Counted from the stretch's first letter, positions 12,446 through 26,993 are shown. The stretch is 64,000 bases of DNA from Octopus vulgaris (GCA_951406725.2 OX597830.1:73718001-73782000); one strand, 5' to 3'. The notes: a model not told the origin generated them from the sequence alone. Program-made: numbers and translations.

Positions 12446-12924
12446 TATAGATACATACATACATACATATATATGTGTGTATATATATATATATGGAATA
12501 TTATGTCATCTGCGATTTCAAGATCCAAATTTTGAAGCCGACAGGCGAAAATTGAAGTCGCAGTGTACTTGCTGTTCCTAATAAATTTGATTCAACTCCT
12601 TGTCTAATGACATTCCCTCCTTCTAAAACTTATTTAAAAATAACACACATACATACACACACGCACACACACACACATACATGCTCTCAACCACATGCAC
12701 ACACCTTTACACATGCATATAGACATGTGTTTTCTAGCAGACTTCGACATCAAATTACAAGTCAAAATATATCATTTCCCCTTTGTGTCCAGATTTTCAA
12801 ATCCACATTAACTTTTCTCACATCGGTTCAGCACAAACACACGCGATCTCTCTTTCAACAACTCCCTCTCTTTCCAAGCATGTATCTCTCGCTATATATG
12901 TTTCTGCCATTTCCTTCAATCTCT

Positions 12925-12996
<72 letters not shown>

Positions 12997-13331
12997 TCTC
13001 TCTCGTTCTTTCTCACACACATCTACACACTTTTCGTTTTCTTTCCTTCTTTTTTCATGTCTTTTCTTCACTTTTTTTTTCCTATTCACGCTACATGAAC
13101 GCATACGAACGTGCAGAATCACTTAGAGACATAACATGCTTACAAATATATGCATATACATACGAATACATGCATGCACACATAAGGCATACATACACAC
13201 ACACATACACACATATATAAATATATATATACTATGCACATACATGTGTGTAAACATTCTACCCACCATACACACACACATATTTGAATAGATATAAATT
13301 TACACACACACACACATACACACATACACAC

Positions 13332-13380
<49 letters not shown>

Positions 13381-14195
13381 TATATATACACACATATACA
13401 TATATACATATACACACACACATACACACACACACACATATATATATGTATGTGTGTAAGTGTTTGTTTATACATGTGTGTGTATGTATGTGTGTGTGTA
13501 TATATTCGGCTCATTCACAAGCACTATGCTTTCAATTTTATAAAATAAAGACGTATGTATTACAGATACACACACACACACACACACACATAAACACACA
13601 CACAGAGAGGCGCTCGAGCACGCACAAGTAGAATGCGCACACGCAAACAGAAATATAAATCTATATCCTCAATTATAATTCATATTTACACATCAGACCT
13701 GGTAATTCCCCACCACCAGCACCACCGCCAACAACAACAACAACAGCAACAACAATGACCGCCAACCCACCCCCACCACCATGCGTTCTCTTAATCATAT
13801 TCCCTCTGGTTTTCCCCATTTTATACCATGTAGAACCGCGTTGCTATTGTTGAACACGTCTTAATACAGGCCTCAGCCCTTCGATTCTCGCCTGACCAGC
13901 ACCAGTAAACTATATCTGAAGTGAAAACTTGTATGGAAGGATGGAATAATGATATATGGATGGAGTGACGGACGGTACCGTCCAGACCAAACATTCACAA
14001 CACCAATCAAACTCGGGTTTCACTTTCGCTTGCCATATTTCTTGTTTTTCTTGGATTTTGTTTTGTTTTGTTGTCCTTTTTTTTCTTCTCCCCAGTTCTC
14101 TCCTTGTCTAGAAAGACACCAACACATGTGTGTTTTCTTTCGAATTTGATTTCAGCTTGAGAACCTGAAAGAGAAATAAGAAGCGTGTGTGTGTT

Positions 14196-14243
<48 letters not shown>

Positions 14244-14264
14244 GGTGTGTGTGTGTATTTGTGA

Positions 14265-14297
<33 letters not shown>

Positions 14298-14429
14298 GAA
14301 GACAGTCTGTGTGTGTTAGAGAGAATGCTATTGAGGAAGAGAGGTAAAGAAAGAAAGATGAAAAAGAAATGTGGGGATAAACAGAGAAATGGTGAAAGAG
14401 GAGAGATGGAGTAAAAAGATGGCAATTTC

Positions 14430-14488
<59 letters not shown>

Positions 14489-14556
14489 GTATTCAAAGAG
14501 ACTGGAGTCGGATTTTGAAATACAGTTTCATAAAGCTTGAGAAGCAGCGAAATATA

Positions 14557-14634
<78 letters not shown>

Positions 14635-15042
14635 TATGTGTGTGTGTGTGTGTTTGTGTTTGTGTGTATCTGTGTCTGTGTATCTGTGTCTGTGTATTTG
14701 TGTGTGTGTGTGTGTGTATCTGTGTACATCTGTGTGTCTCTGTATGTGTGAGTGTGTCTGCGTATGTGCGCGCATGTGCGCGTGTAGATAGAAAGTGAGA
14801 TAAACACATTGGCAGAAAATTAGAGAGGCAGAAATAGCAAAAATAGAACTAAAGGGACAGAGAAAGACAAACAGCTGGGTATATTAGTTATGTCCATTTT
14901 GTTTTTGTGATATCACTATCCCTGATCCCTTGTTACATTTATACTGTTTGTCTTTATTCATTAATCCAGCCCCTGTACAACAATGCATCATCTATTTTAG
15001 GCCAAAATATAAACTTAAATTTAGACCTATTCTTTGACGTAA

Positions 15043-15239
15043 ACTCTCTTTACTCTTTTACTTGTTTCAGTCATTTGACTGCGGCCATGCTGGAGCACTA
15101 CCTTTAGTCGAGCTAATCGACCCCGGGAATTATTCTTTGTAAGCCCAGTACTTATTCTATCGGTCTCTTTTGCCGAACCACTAAGTGACGGGGACGTAAA
15201 CACACCAGCATCGGTTGTCAATCAATGCTAGGGGGACAA

Positions 15240-15288
<49 letters not shown>

Positions 15289-15460
15289 CATATATACGAC
15301 GGGCTTCTTTCAGTTTCCGTCTACCAAATCCACTCACAAGGCTTTGGTCGGCCCGAGGCTATAGTAGAAGACACTTGCCTAAGATGCCACGCAGAGGGAC
15401 TGAACCAGGAACCATGTGGTTGGTAAGCAAGCTACTTACCACACAGCCACTCCTGCGCCT
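15043..15460 (-). mobile_element. SINE family B full length
   Basis: Near-consensus copy ending CACAGCCACTCCTGCGCC on plus. Confidence 0.93.
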
Positions 15461-15739
15461 ATAACTAAACGTAAAACGTAACTAAAACTTAATATTTTCT
15501 CTCTTATTATCATTTTTTATTTTCGTGTTACTGAAAACTAGGTCTTTGGACTGGCACACTTCGCCGTTCTTTTGTATCTTTATAACTCCCCCGATATATT
15601 ATTATAATATCTTTTGTTTATTTATTTTAGTCTATGCTTGAAAAAGGAAACATACACATCTAAGAAAGTACAGAATATCTGTCTTTTTCTTTTTTTATCG
15701 TCTTGAAGCATTTTAGTCGAACGATTCGACAACAGTATT

Positions 15740-16486
15740 TAGTTTTAAAAACCTGATACTTATTCTATCGGTTCCAAAACGGACGAAAGGCAAAGTCGAC
15801 CTCAGTGGTATGTGAACTCAAAAATCAAAGCAAGAAAAAATGTCGTTAAGTATTTTGTTCGGCGCGCAAAAATTATTTTCTACTCTAGACATAAGGCCCG
15901 AAATTTTGGGGGAGGGGGCCCAGTCGATTATATCGACCTCAGTACGCAACTGATACTTAATTTATCGACCCCGAAAAGATGAGGCAAACTCATCCTCGGA
16001 ATTTGAACTCAGAACGTAAAGACAGACGAAATACCGCTAAGCATTTTCGCCCAGCGTGCTAACGTTTCTTATTTCTTTACTGCCCACAGGGGGCTAAACA
16101 CAGAGGGGACAAACGAGGACAGACAAACGGATTAAGTCGATTATATCGACCCCAGTGCGTAAATGGTATTTATTTAATCGACCCCGAAAGGATGAGAGGC
16201 AAAGTCGACCTCGGCGGGATTTGTACTCAGAACGTAAAGACAGACAAAATACCTATTTCTTTACTACCCACAAGGGGCTAAACACAAAGAGGACAAACAA
16301 GGACAGACAAACGGATTAAGTCGATTATATCAACCACAGTGCGTAACTGGTACTTATTTAATCGACCCCGAAAGAATGAAAGGCAAAGTCGACCTCGGCG
16401 GAATTTGAACTCAGAAAGTAAAGACAGGCGAAATACGGCTACGCATTTCGCCCAGTGTGCTAACGTTTCTGCCAGCTCACCGCCTT
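15740..16486 (-). mobile_element. SINE family A multimer (four core units)
   Basis: CCGAAAGGATG..GTCGACCTCGG core repeated at ~15780, 15970, 16185 and 16370, with two tail-1 and one tail-2 segments. Confidence 0.9.
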
Positions 16487-17028
16487 GATAACAACAACAA
16501 TAAAAATAACTACAAAGAAAAAAGGATTACCGGAAACTTTAACAACAGATTTAACAGGACAGAAGCGGCGTTAACCAAGCAATGTGTATTATAACAGCAC
16601 AATGACAATGAGAACAGAAACAGCTACGACAACAACGAATGTAATAATGACGATGACAACAAGCAAAACCACAGCAAAATGAACAACAAAAAACAATAAC
16701 AATTGTAATAATAAATAATATAATTTTTTAAAAAAAGAATAAAGGAAAAGTAATTTAACACTGAAAACCCTTTTCCAAAAGCCTCTCCACATCATCGCCA
16801 CCAAACGACGCGAAATAAAATCGCCATGTATCATGTTCCATTTTATGAAATATTCGATGTATAATTCGGTTTAATTAAAAATGGGCGGGAAATGGCGGCG
16901 TACAAAATAAAAAATCATACATACATATACAGGTATTGTATATATTTATGTAAATATATATGTATGTATGTGTGTATGTATGTATGTATGTATGTATGTA
17001 TGTATGTATGTATGTATGTATGTATGTA

Positions 17029-17088
<60 letters not shown>

Positions 17089-17420
17089 AACATCTGCTGA
17101 CGAAAAATGTCGGAAACGTTAAAATAATTGTTTTGTTGACAATACATATAATAGTTGAGATGTGCCATAGTGACTGAGCGCTTCTAACAGCTAACGTTGC
17201 CATCACTGATGAAATATGAAGGAACTGAGGTTTCCTATTGTTGCTGTCGCTGTTGTTGTTGTTCTAGTTGTTCTTGTTGGAGGTAGTAGTGGTGGGAGTT
17301 AAAGGTGGTGTTGTATTTTGTGGGGAATTTTAGTGACGTTGGTAGCTGCGGTGAAAGTTATAGAGGTGGTAATCGTTTTGACAATGGTAGTGGTGGTGGC
17401 AGAGCAGCTGCTGCTGCTGT

Positions 17421-17517
<97 letters not shown>

Positions 17518-18869
17518 GTTGATGGATTGTTTCCGTTAAATTATTGTTTATATTGTTGGTGTTCACTATAATGAAGAGAGTTTTGGTGATGGTTGACGTA
17601 GTGATGCAGCAGTGGTAGTGGTAGTAGTGATGGTGGTAGTAGTGATGGTGGTAGTAGTGATGGTGGTAGTAGTGGTGGTTGTGGTAGTGGTGGTTGTGGT
17701 GGTTGTGCTGATTGCAGTAGCATTGACAAAATTTCATTACCATTAAGTGCGAAAAGCGGTTTTACTCCAGGCTTTCCTTCTGCTGCGAAAAGCAAACATA
17801 TTCCCAGGGACACTGTCTAAAAAATTTTCAAGTTTGATTGAATTTTTTCGCGTATTTCACCAAATATCTGTTTACAGAGCAAGTATCAAATACTTTTAGC
17901 GGTGAATATGAAAACTGTACCTTCAGAAGATATTGAAAAAGTATTGCAGAAGCAGAAAATATCAAATCTATTTTCTGGTAGATAATTAAGATCATTATGG
18001 GAATGACCAGGAAATTTATTTACTCGGTAAAGGATGAATTTACTCAGCAATAGCTAGAAACCATTGTCGGCTAATTCAAGGGGTCATTCTCTAAGCCTAA
18101 AGACGGGACAGATTAAATCAAATGCATTCTCGTATTAAGACACGCAGTTGGTCAAAAGAATCGTTAAAGGGTCCGAGAAATGCTTTCTGTCTTTTGAGTT
18201 CAAATCGCGGTGAAACGCTCTCTGTCATCTGAATTCAAATCTCGGAGAAGTTGACTTAGCCTTTTATTCCTCCTTGATTGATGAATAAAGAACCAATCAA
18301 TACTAGAATTGATTCTTCGTCTTCTTCACAAACACTTTCTACCTTCCTCCTTCCCTCTCACGCAGTTGAGTACACTACACTTGAGTTGGGAGAGGCGACG
18401 TTGGGATATCACTCTGTCTCATTTTGCCACGTATGGAACGAGATTCAGCTGGGTAAAAGACAAGCAATATTCTATCACGCAGCAAGCTACAAAAACTTCC
18501 CTGCAGAATCATAAATATGGCGGGCGTACAAGAACAGATGTGTTGCACAGTAGGCAACAGGGAATTCCCCCACCTCTTACTAGCGTAAATGTTTTTACAT
18601 TAGCGACACCAGATGCTTCTCAGGTATAAGGTTTACATGCATGCGTTTTCATGAGAACGTGTAGGTTGCTTGTTCAGGTGTGAATTACAGGAGGGAAGAG
18701 AGAAAAAAAAAACAAAGAAACAATTAATTTCATGGAGAATGTAGTCAAATTTGAACATAATTTTCGCCACAACGTTACAGTTCAGAGTTCTTTAATAATA
18801 TTACTTAACGCAGCTGGAGGTAGCAGAAGAATTTCTTTTTTCTTCTTAAATGTTTTTATTTTTGTTTTA

Positions 18870-19292
18870 CTTTCTTTTTCTTGATTTAGTCATTTTGACT
18901 GCGGCCATGCTGTAGCACCGCTTTAAAAGGTTTTAGTTGAAAAACATCGACTGTAAAACTTATTCTTTGCTGGCCTAGTACTTATTCTATCGGTCACTTT
19001 TGCCGAACCGCTACGTAATGGAGACATAAACAAACCAGCATCAGTTTTCAAGCGATGGTGGGGGAGGGGGACAAGCACACACACACACAAACATATATAT
19101 ATATATACATACATACATATACACATACATATATAGATATGTATATATATACATATATACGACGAGCTTCTTTCAGTTTCGTCAAAGAAATCCACTTACA
19201 AGGCTATAGTAGAAGAGCCTTGCACAAGGTGCCACACAGTGGGACTGAACCCGGAACCATGTGGCTGGGAAGCATGCTTCTTACCGCACAGC
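18870..19292 (-). mobile_element. SINE family B
   Basis: Tail, internal microsatellite and head present. Confidence 0.88.
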
Positions 19293-19599
19293 CTTTCATA
19301 ATTTTGTTTTCATAAAAAACATTACCACATTATTACATGGGTTATTAAAAATTTGAACACAAGGAGACTTTAAAATGTTTCCTTGGTGTCTGATGACAAC
19401 AGATAACAATAAACAATGGACGTACTTCAAACAAGATCCCCGGAAATGCAACGTATACGATTTCTTATTGTATTTTGCCGCATAAATTATTTATAAGTGT
19501 ATCATAAAATGGATCTGTTATATTGAAGACATTTTATGTTAATGAACTAGAGACTGGAACGAAGATATTGCAAAAAATATTCGTCGAAAGTTCATTGGT

Positions 19600-19856
19600 T
19601 TATCTTTTATTTGTTTCATTCATTGAACTGAGGTCATGGTGGAGCACCGCTTTTTTCTAAAAAAAACTATTTTTAAGTCTCTTATATATTCTATCTGTTT
19701 CTTTGGTCGAACCGCTGTGGTATGAGAACGCAACTAAACCAATACAAGTTGTCAAAAACACACAAGACACTCACCCAGACACATACCCACGCCCAGACCA
19801 CCCCACACAAAGATACACATACAAAAACATACCTATACATACATACATACATACAT

Positions 19857-19929
<73 letters not shown>

Positions 19930-20070
19930 CGAAGTGCTTCTATACATGTTCCTATTGTCAAATCATTGATCGGTACAGAGCGATAATAGGCCCGGAAACA
20001 ATTGCCAAAGGTGCCACAGAGGAGAACTAAATCTCGAACAAAATGGCTAGTTGTAAAGGTAAATACACAG
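19600..20070 (-). mobile_element. SINE family B, degenerate
   Basis: GGTCATGGTGGAGCACCGC, TTCTATC..CGAACCGCT, TGCCAAAGGTGCCACA. Confidence 0.7.
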
Positions 20071-20303
20071 TTATGTAAACGTCTCCCTATATAAACTCTC
20101 TCTCATCCTCTCTGTCTCTGTACACCCCCCCACACTATCACAGATTGATTGGAGATACATAAATATCCTTATTTAATGTATCTTAAATCATGAAGCTATT
20201 TGTAGCTCTATTGCTAATTGTGGAAATTGAATGATATTTAACTATCTCTCTCCCTCCCTCAATCCCGTAACTTCTTGTTGATCTTACCTATAGTGGAACT
20301 CTA

Positions 20304-20363
<60 letters not shown>

Positions 20364-20676
20364 TTATTCGTAAGTATATGTATATATATAACTTCTATGC
20401 TGGAGTAAGTACAGCATGTTCTTTGTCTACCTCCTTAACTTCTTGGAGATTTTAGGGATTATTATACAAATGTGTCTGTCTGTTCTAATTTAATTAAATT
20501 ATATGTCTTTGTGCAGCTGAAGATTGCTCTGCATTTTAAATTGATGTAATGATTGCATTGTTCAATTAAACGGAGTTGCATGAAACGATCGTACTGCATT
20601 ACCTCTGGATATCCTTGCTGCTTATTTTGATACATATGTAGGTATTGCTGTGTGTATGTATGTATGTATGTATGCG

Positions 20677-20730
<54 letters not shown>

Positions 20731-21065
20731 AACATATATACATACATACGTAAGTATGTAAGTATACATGTATGCATGCATTTGTATGTGTATGTGTATA
20801 AATTACGACACCTTAAAATATCTTTCTGTGTGTGAGACACTTCTCTTGCCCTTAACATTGATAGCGTTCCACTTTGTCCTGCACAACATTAAATCATTTC
20901 ATAAATCTAATAATTTTAGCCACTTCACACAGGAAGCATTATTGATTTTTCTATATACGTTCTTTACGCTCGTCGTGATTATTATTATTGTTATTTGTAT
21001 TACAAATATTATTTTCATTGTTATTACAATTATTATTATTATCATTATTATTATTATTATTATTA

Positions 21066-21146
<81 letters not shown>

Positions 21147-21147
<1 letters not shown>

Positions 21148-21790
21148 GGCAGCGAGCTGACAGAATCGTTAAAACACCGGCAAAAATGCTTAGCGGTATT
21201 TCGTCTGCCGCTACGTTCTGAGTTCAAATTCTGCCGAGTTCGACTTTGCCTTTCATCCTTTCGGGCTCGAAAGTATCAGTTACGCGATGGGGTCGATATG
21301 ATCGACTTAATCCGTTTGTCTGTCCTTGTTTGTCTCCTCTGTGTTTAGCCCCTTGTGGGTAGTAAAGAAATGGGTATTTCGTCCATCTTTACATTCTGCG
21401 TCCAAATTCCGCCGAGGTCGACTTTGCCTTTCCTCCTTTCGGCGGTGATGAAATAAATACCAGTTACACACTGGGTCGATGTAATCAACTAGCTACCTCC
21501 ACCCCACGTCACCACGCAAAAAGAGAAAAGAATTTCAGGCCTTGTGCCTATAGTAGAACGGATTATTAGCGTTATTGCTATTAAGATGGCGTGCAGCTTG
21601 AATCGTTAACACGCCTGATAAAATGGTTGACGGCAATTCTTTCGCCTTTACGTTCTGAGTTCAAATTCCTTCAAGACTGACTTCACTCTTCATCCTCTCC
21701 GGGTTGATAAAATATGCAATAGCCAAGTACTGGGTTCGATATAATCGACGGACCCCTCTCCCGAAATTGCTAGCATTATGCTTAAATTAT
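21147..21790 (+). mobile_element. SINE family A composite plus an older monomer, after (TTA)n
   Basis: Head at 21147 directly after a long (ATT)n tract; tail-2 GGCCTTGTGCCTATAGTAGAA at ~21540. Confidence 0.9.
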
Positions 21791-21859
21791 TTATAACAAT
21801 TAATTATCGTTCGTTCACTTAACTCCTACTGATATATCTACGTCACGTCTCAGCTCCAT

Positions 21860-22350
21860 TATACAGCTTAGAGGCTCAACACTTTCCTCAACACATGAGC
21901 CGTTTCAAGTATTGTTGCTAACTGAATATTTCCTCTGAAGATTGGTAATTGTAACTTTTGATGCCAGAATATTGATTCCTTTGAGATGGTCTCAAGTGCA
22001 CCGATCATAATAGGTGTCACACTTACTTTTGATGCTCTATGGATTCCTTACAATTCTAATCCTAGGTGTTGGTACTTCTCGTATTTTTTTTTCTCTCGTC
22101 CTCTGTCTTCACAATATTCTGGTCTGCAGAAGGTGGTGAGCTGGCAGAAACGTTAGCACGTTCTGAGTTCGAATTCCGCCGAGTTCGACTTTACATTTCA
22201 TCCTATCGCGGTCGATAAATTAAGTACCAGTTGCGCACTGGGGTCGATCTAATCTACTGGCCCTCTCCCCCAAAATTTCGGGCCTTGTGCCTATAGTAGA
22301 AAAGAATATTCTGGTCTACAGGAATACTAATATTACTATCATTATTAAAC
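21860..22350 (-). mobile_element. R4/Dong-type (RLE) LINE 3' fragment interrupted by a SINE
   Basis: Minus strand ISIP(V/A)DQNIVKTEDE..EKYQHLGLEL*GIHRASKVSVTPIMIGALETISK, homologous to the RLE domain at 42333-42686. Confidence 0.75.
22130..22304 (+). mobile_element. SINE family A with 17-bp TSD
   Basis: AATATTCTGGTCTGCAG (22113-22129) / AATATTCTGGTCTACAG (22305-22321). Confidence 0.92.
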
Positions 22351-22439
22351 ACGTTTGGGCTTAATATATTATACATACACGCATATATACAGATGTAGAT
22401 ATATATAGGGATATATATAGAGAGAGAAACAATGTTTGC

Positions 22440-22900
22440 AAATATTCAGAAGTTGAATACTCAAGTATAAGCATATAGTTATTAACATTTTTACAAAATA
22501 AATTTACACGGAGTACAAAAAATAAAGAAAACAACGGGGAGAATATTTAGCACTTAAATCCGACAGCTGTTTCTAGGAACTCGGAATTACGTAATAGTTG
22601 TGTTGTTCCTAATTAACAGATAGAGTATTTAAAATGTCAAGGATATGCAACCTGTAGATGGATGCATTTAAACATGACCCTAGTAATGGCTCATTTTGTT
22701 AGGGCTAAGGAGGAACTTATACATACTCACATTTTATACAAATATTATATTATACTTTTACGGGAATAGTGGTAACATTGATTTGTATAAAGTGCAGTAG
22801 ACCGAAAGTTTGAAGCCACTCTTTTCTACCCATCTTGTAAAAGTACAAAAAATATGTCGTCAACAAAATATTTAGTAATCATTTAGTTTAATGTAAAACT
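22440..22900 (-). mobile_element. Penelope-like remnant with decayed hammerhead
   Basis: Minus strand CTGTTAA-T-TAGGAAC..GTTCCTA-GAA-ACAGCTGT-C (22619-22562); upstream weak RT-like TALYTN and SSSLA motifs. Confidence 0.45.
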
Positions 22901-23023
22901 GGTTTTATCATATAGCTCCACACAAAAACAAACAATAATATAAACATGTTGTATGTATATAATATATATATACATACATATATATATATGTATGTATATA
23001 TACATACACATATGTATGTATAC

Positions 23024-23068
<45 letters not shown>

Positions 23069-23227
23069 TATCCTTTCGGGGTCGATAAATTTAGTACCAG
23101 TTGTGCACTGGGGTCGATGTAATCGACTTAATCCCTTTGTCTGTCCTTGTTTGTCCCCTCTATGTTTAGCCCCTTGTGGGTAGTAAAGAAATATATATAT
23201 GTATGTGTATATATATATATATATTTA

Positions 23228-23288
<61 letters not shown>

Positions 23289-23311
23289 ATGTATGTATAT
23301 ACATATATTTG

Positions 23312-23344
<33 letters not shown>

Positions 23345-23865
23345 ATTTACTTATATTTCATTATATTCTTGCTACGAGTGTGTGTTTATCGCAAGAGCAT
23401 ATCTGTGTAATTCAACGCCTTGTATTCTCCGCCATATCTTGTCTCCTTCCTGCCTAGCCTATATTTTTGATAGCCATACTTTAAAATCAATATCTAAATG
23501 CCCGCTACAGTTAAGTGCACTTTCAGTGAGGATCGGTCAGACGTTGGACTGATATAATTACAATGAGTCACCATGGCAACATCCCTAAACATTGTATCTA
23601 AACAAAAATAACAAACAAACAAGCCAAAATAACACCGACTACACGAACAACGAAAACAATATTCTACTCTAAAAAGCACAAGATACAAACAAATAATGGT
23701 GAATTAGGTCTATTATTGTACTGATGCGATCGTATTTCTTTTGGAGACGTGCATACACGCATAAACAGATACTTATGTATGTACGTATGTACACTCACAT
23801 GCAGACGGTGATACGTACACACTCAGACACACACACATACAGACACTCAGTCACACACATGCACA

Positions 23866-23913
<48 letters not shown>

Positions 23914-23931
23914 CATATGAGTGAGTGCGTA

Positions 23932-23974
<43 letters not shown>

Positions 23975-24006
23975 ATTTCTATCTTTCTATCTATCAATCT
24001 ATATGC

Positions 24007-24043
<37 letters not shown>

Positions 24044-24045
24044 GT

Positions 24046-24087
<42 letters not shown>

Positions 24088-24220
24088 GACAGACAGAGAT
24101 AGATAGAAAGATAGATAGATAGATAGATAGATAAACAGACGGACAGACGGACAAACAGACTGGTGAGAGAAATAGACAGACTGACCGATAGATACCTAGA
24201 TAGATGAAAAGATACATACT

Positions 24221-24257
<37 letters not shown>

Positions 24258-24258
24258 G

Positions 24259-24412
<154 letters not shown>

Positions 24413-24979
24413 CACACACACACACATACATTCATGTTTATGTATGTATGCTTGTGTGTCTGTGCATGTGAGCTTATGCGTGAGTGTGTGAGTGTGTGTA
24501 CGTTTCTGCTTGTATAACCGCGTGTGTGTTTGCCAAAACCAAACCAAAGCAACAGTCCAACGCACTCCCTCGCTGTTTACGATAATAATAAGAGTTCTCG
24601 TATTACTTTTCTCTCTGTATCAGATAAAAATTCTTTTTCTTCTCATTGTCCTTTCCTTCTTTCTTTCTCTCCTTCGTCATTTATTTATTTATTTATTTAT
24701 TTGTTTGCTTGTTTATCTCTGTTTGTTATCTTCACGGATTAATTAACAATGTGGAACACGCGAACGCAACAGCAAGAAGAAGAACATAACAGGCACAGAG
24801 TAGCGCGCGCGCGCATGCACGTACGGACGCAAGGCCGTATTCGTATCGAATCGAACGTGAATACATGCACGCATACGCGCGCACACACACACACACCGGT
24901 GTGCATGCGCTGAGACAAATTGTACATTCATTCAATGCGGATTTCGGTTTTGGCAAAAATAATATTGACTCTCACGGTG

Positions 24980-25134
24980 CTCGTGATGATGGTGATGGTG
25001 ATGATGATGACGACGATGACGATGATGACGATGATGATGATGATGATTAAGAAGTGGAGGAGGAGGAGGATGTATGTGTAGACGATGATGATGATGATGA
25101 CGACAACGATGATGATGAAGATGAAGATGATGAC

Positions 25135-25170
<36 letters not shown>

Positions 25171-25660
25171 AATTAGGAGGAGGAGGAGGAGGAGGAGGAC
25201 GGTATCGATGATGATGATGATGAAGATGATGATGATGATGATGACGACGACCGCGATGACCATGATGATGGCGGCGGTGACGACAACGACGACGACGATG
25301 ATGATGATGATATGACGACGAAAATGATGTTGACGACGCCGACGATGATGATGGAGATGACGTGACGAACGCGACGATAACGACGATAATGATAATGATG
25401 ATGACGATAACGTCGACGACGATGACAATGATGATGATGAGTACGACGACGACGACAACGATGATGATGATGGTGATGATGAATACAACGAGAGTGACAA
25501 TGAGGATGTCAGCGATGACGACAGCACTGATAATGGTTATGATGATATAGATGCTGCTGATGCTGATGATGATGTTGATGATGATGAGGATAATGGTGTT
25601 GGTGGTAGTGGTGGTGGAAGTTGTGTTGGTGGTGTTAGTTTGTGTAATGGTGATGAAAAT
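24980..25660. repeat. (GAT/GAC/GGT)n mosaic trinucleotide tract
   Basis: Directly visible. Confidence 0.9.
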
Positions 25661-25847
25661 TGCCTCTGTCATAAGCACAAGGCTTAAATTTGCTGGAAAT
25701 AATATGATTAATCGATTATAATCGATTTCAGTAGTTGACTGGTTCTTAATTGTATCGAAAGGGAAAATTAACACAGGGAGAAATAATTATAATTATAATG
25801 TTTTGACGGGGGTTGTATATTCGATTATCCATTCATATATAATAGAG

Positions 25848-25962
25848 AGGCGCAGGCGTGGCTGTGTGGTAAGACGCTTGCTTCCCAACCACATGGTTCC
25901 GGGTTCAGTCCCACTGCGTGACACTGAGGGGAAGTATCTTCTACTATAGCCTTTGGCCGACC
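25848..25962 (+). mobile_element. SINE family B 5' part
   Basis: GGCGCAGGCGTGGCTGTGTGGTAAG..GGTTCCGGGTTCAGTCCCACTGCG (Pol III A/B-box-like head). Confidence 0.88.
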
Positions 25963-25980
25963 AATATCGACATGAATGTG

Positions 25981-26043
<63 letters not shown>

Positions 26044-26474
26044 GTGGATGTATAGATTGCTAAAGAGAAAGATAGGTAGATAGACCGACAGACAGATATA
26101 TTGATTGGTTGAATGATTGATTGAGTGAGTGAGTGAGTGAGTGAGTGATTTTACTTCATTATTGTTAGGTCCCGATTTTAAGTCCACTGCAAAACTCTCA
26201 AGTAGTGCAATCTTATATATCGTTGTATTTACAGGATATAGAATGATGAGTGGGAGAGAGATATGAGTCCCTGTTCGGGGCTTTATGAAGTGTCACATTT
26301 TTCTGTATAAATTTCATCTGGTATAAAACCAGATGTATTTGTTTATCAATGATTCAGATGATTATCATTTACTCTGCTGTACTCTTATTTATGTGATGCG
26401 TGGAGTTTTCAAGAACGTTTCCATTTAAGTCAGTTCCCGTTAGAAATTTTTTTCTTTAATTATTAGTTTTGTTA

Positions 26475-26855
26475 AGGCGGCGAGTTATCACGCTGGGTGA
26501 AATGCTTAGCGGTATTTCGTCTGCCGATACGTTCTTAGTTCAAATTCCGCCGAGGTCGACATTGCCTTTCATCCTTTCGGGGTCGATTAAATAGGTACCA
26601 GTTATACACTGGGGCCGATACAATCGACTTAATCCGTTTGTCTGTCCTGGTTTGTCCTCTCTGTGTTTAGCTCCTTGAGAAATAGGTATTTTCTCTGTCT
26701 TTACGTTCTGAGTTCAAATTCCGCCGAGGTCGAGTTTGCCTTTCATCCTTTCTGGGTCAATAAATTAAGTACCAGTTGCGTACTGGGGTTGATCTAATCG
26801 ACTCGCCCTACCCACAAAAAATTTCAGGCTTTGTGCCTATTGTAGAAAAGATTAT
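26475..26855 (+). mobile_element. SINE family A composite
   Basis: Head, core, tail-1, core, tail-2. Confidence 0.9.
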
Positions 26856-26993
26856 TACTTGTTGCTAGGTAATTTTGTTGTTTTTCCAGTTTTAAGGACA
26901 TCCAATGTGGATGAAATATACACTCTTAAATTTCCCATCTTTTATGCCAATGTACCACTTAACGCCTTTTAAATACATATATCATATATAGTA

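Noticed and set aside
13827-13915. Coding exon on minus strand (IVYWCWSGENRR...)
   Set aside because: Good acceptor but weak donor (GTATAA), no recognisable protein and no partner coding exons
15740-16486. CRISPR-like repeat-spacer array
   Set aside because: Eukaryotic SINE multimer; the intervening segments are repeated, not unique spacers
17096-17125. CTGACGA...GAAACGT hammerhead
   Set aside because: No helix II or helix I pairing
24928-25774. Long ORFs (199-280 aa) rich in His/Ile/Ser
   Set aside because: Translations of (GAT/GAC)n microsatellite, open in several frames with no domain content; the same applies to ORFs at 4172, 44471, 50630, 51543 and 54694
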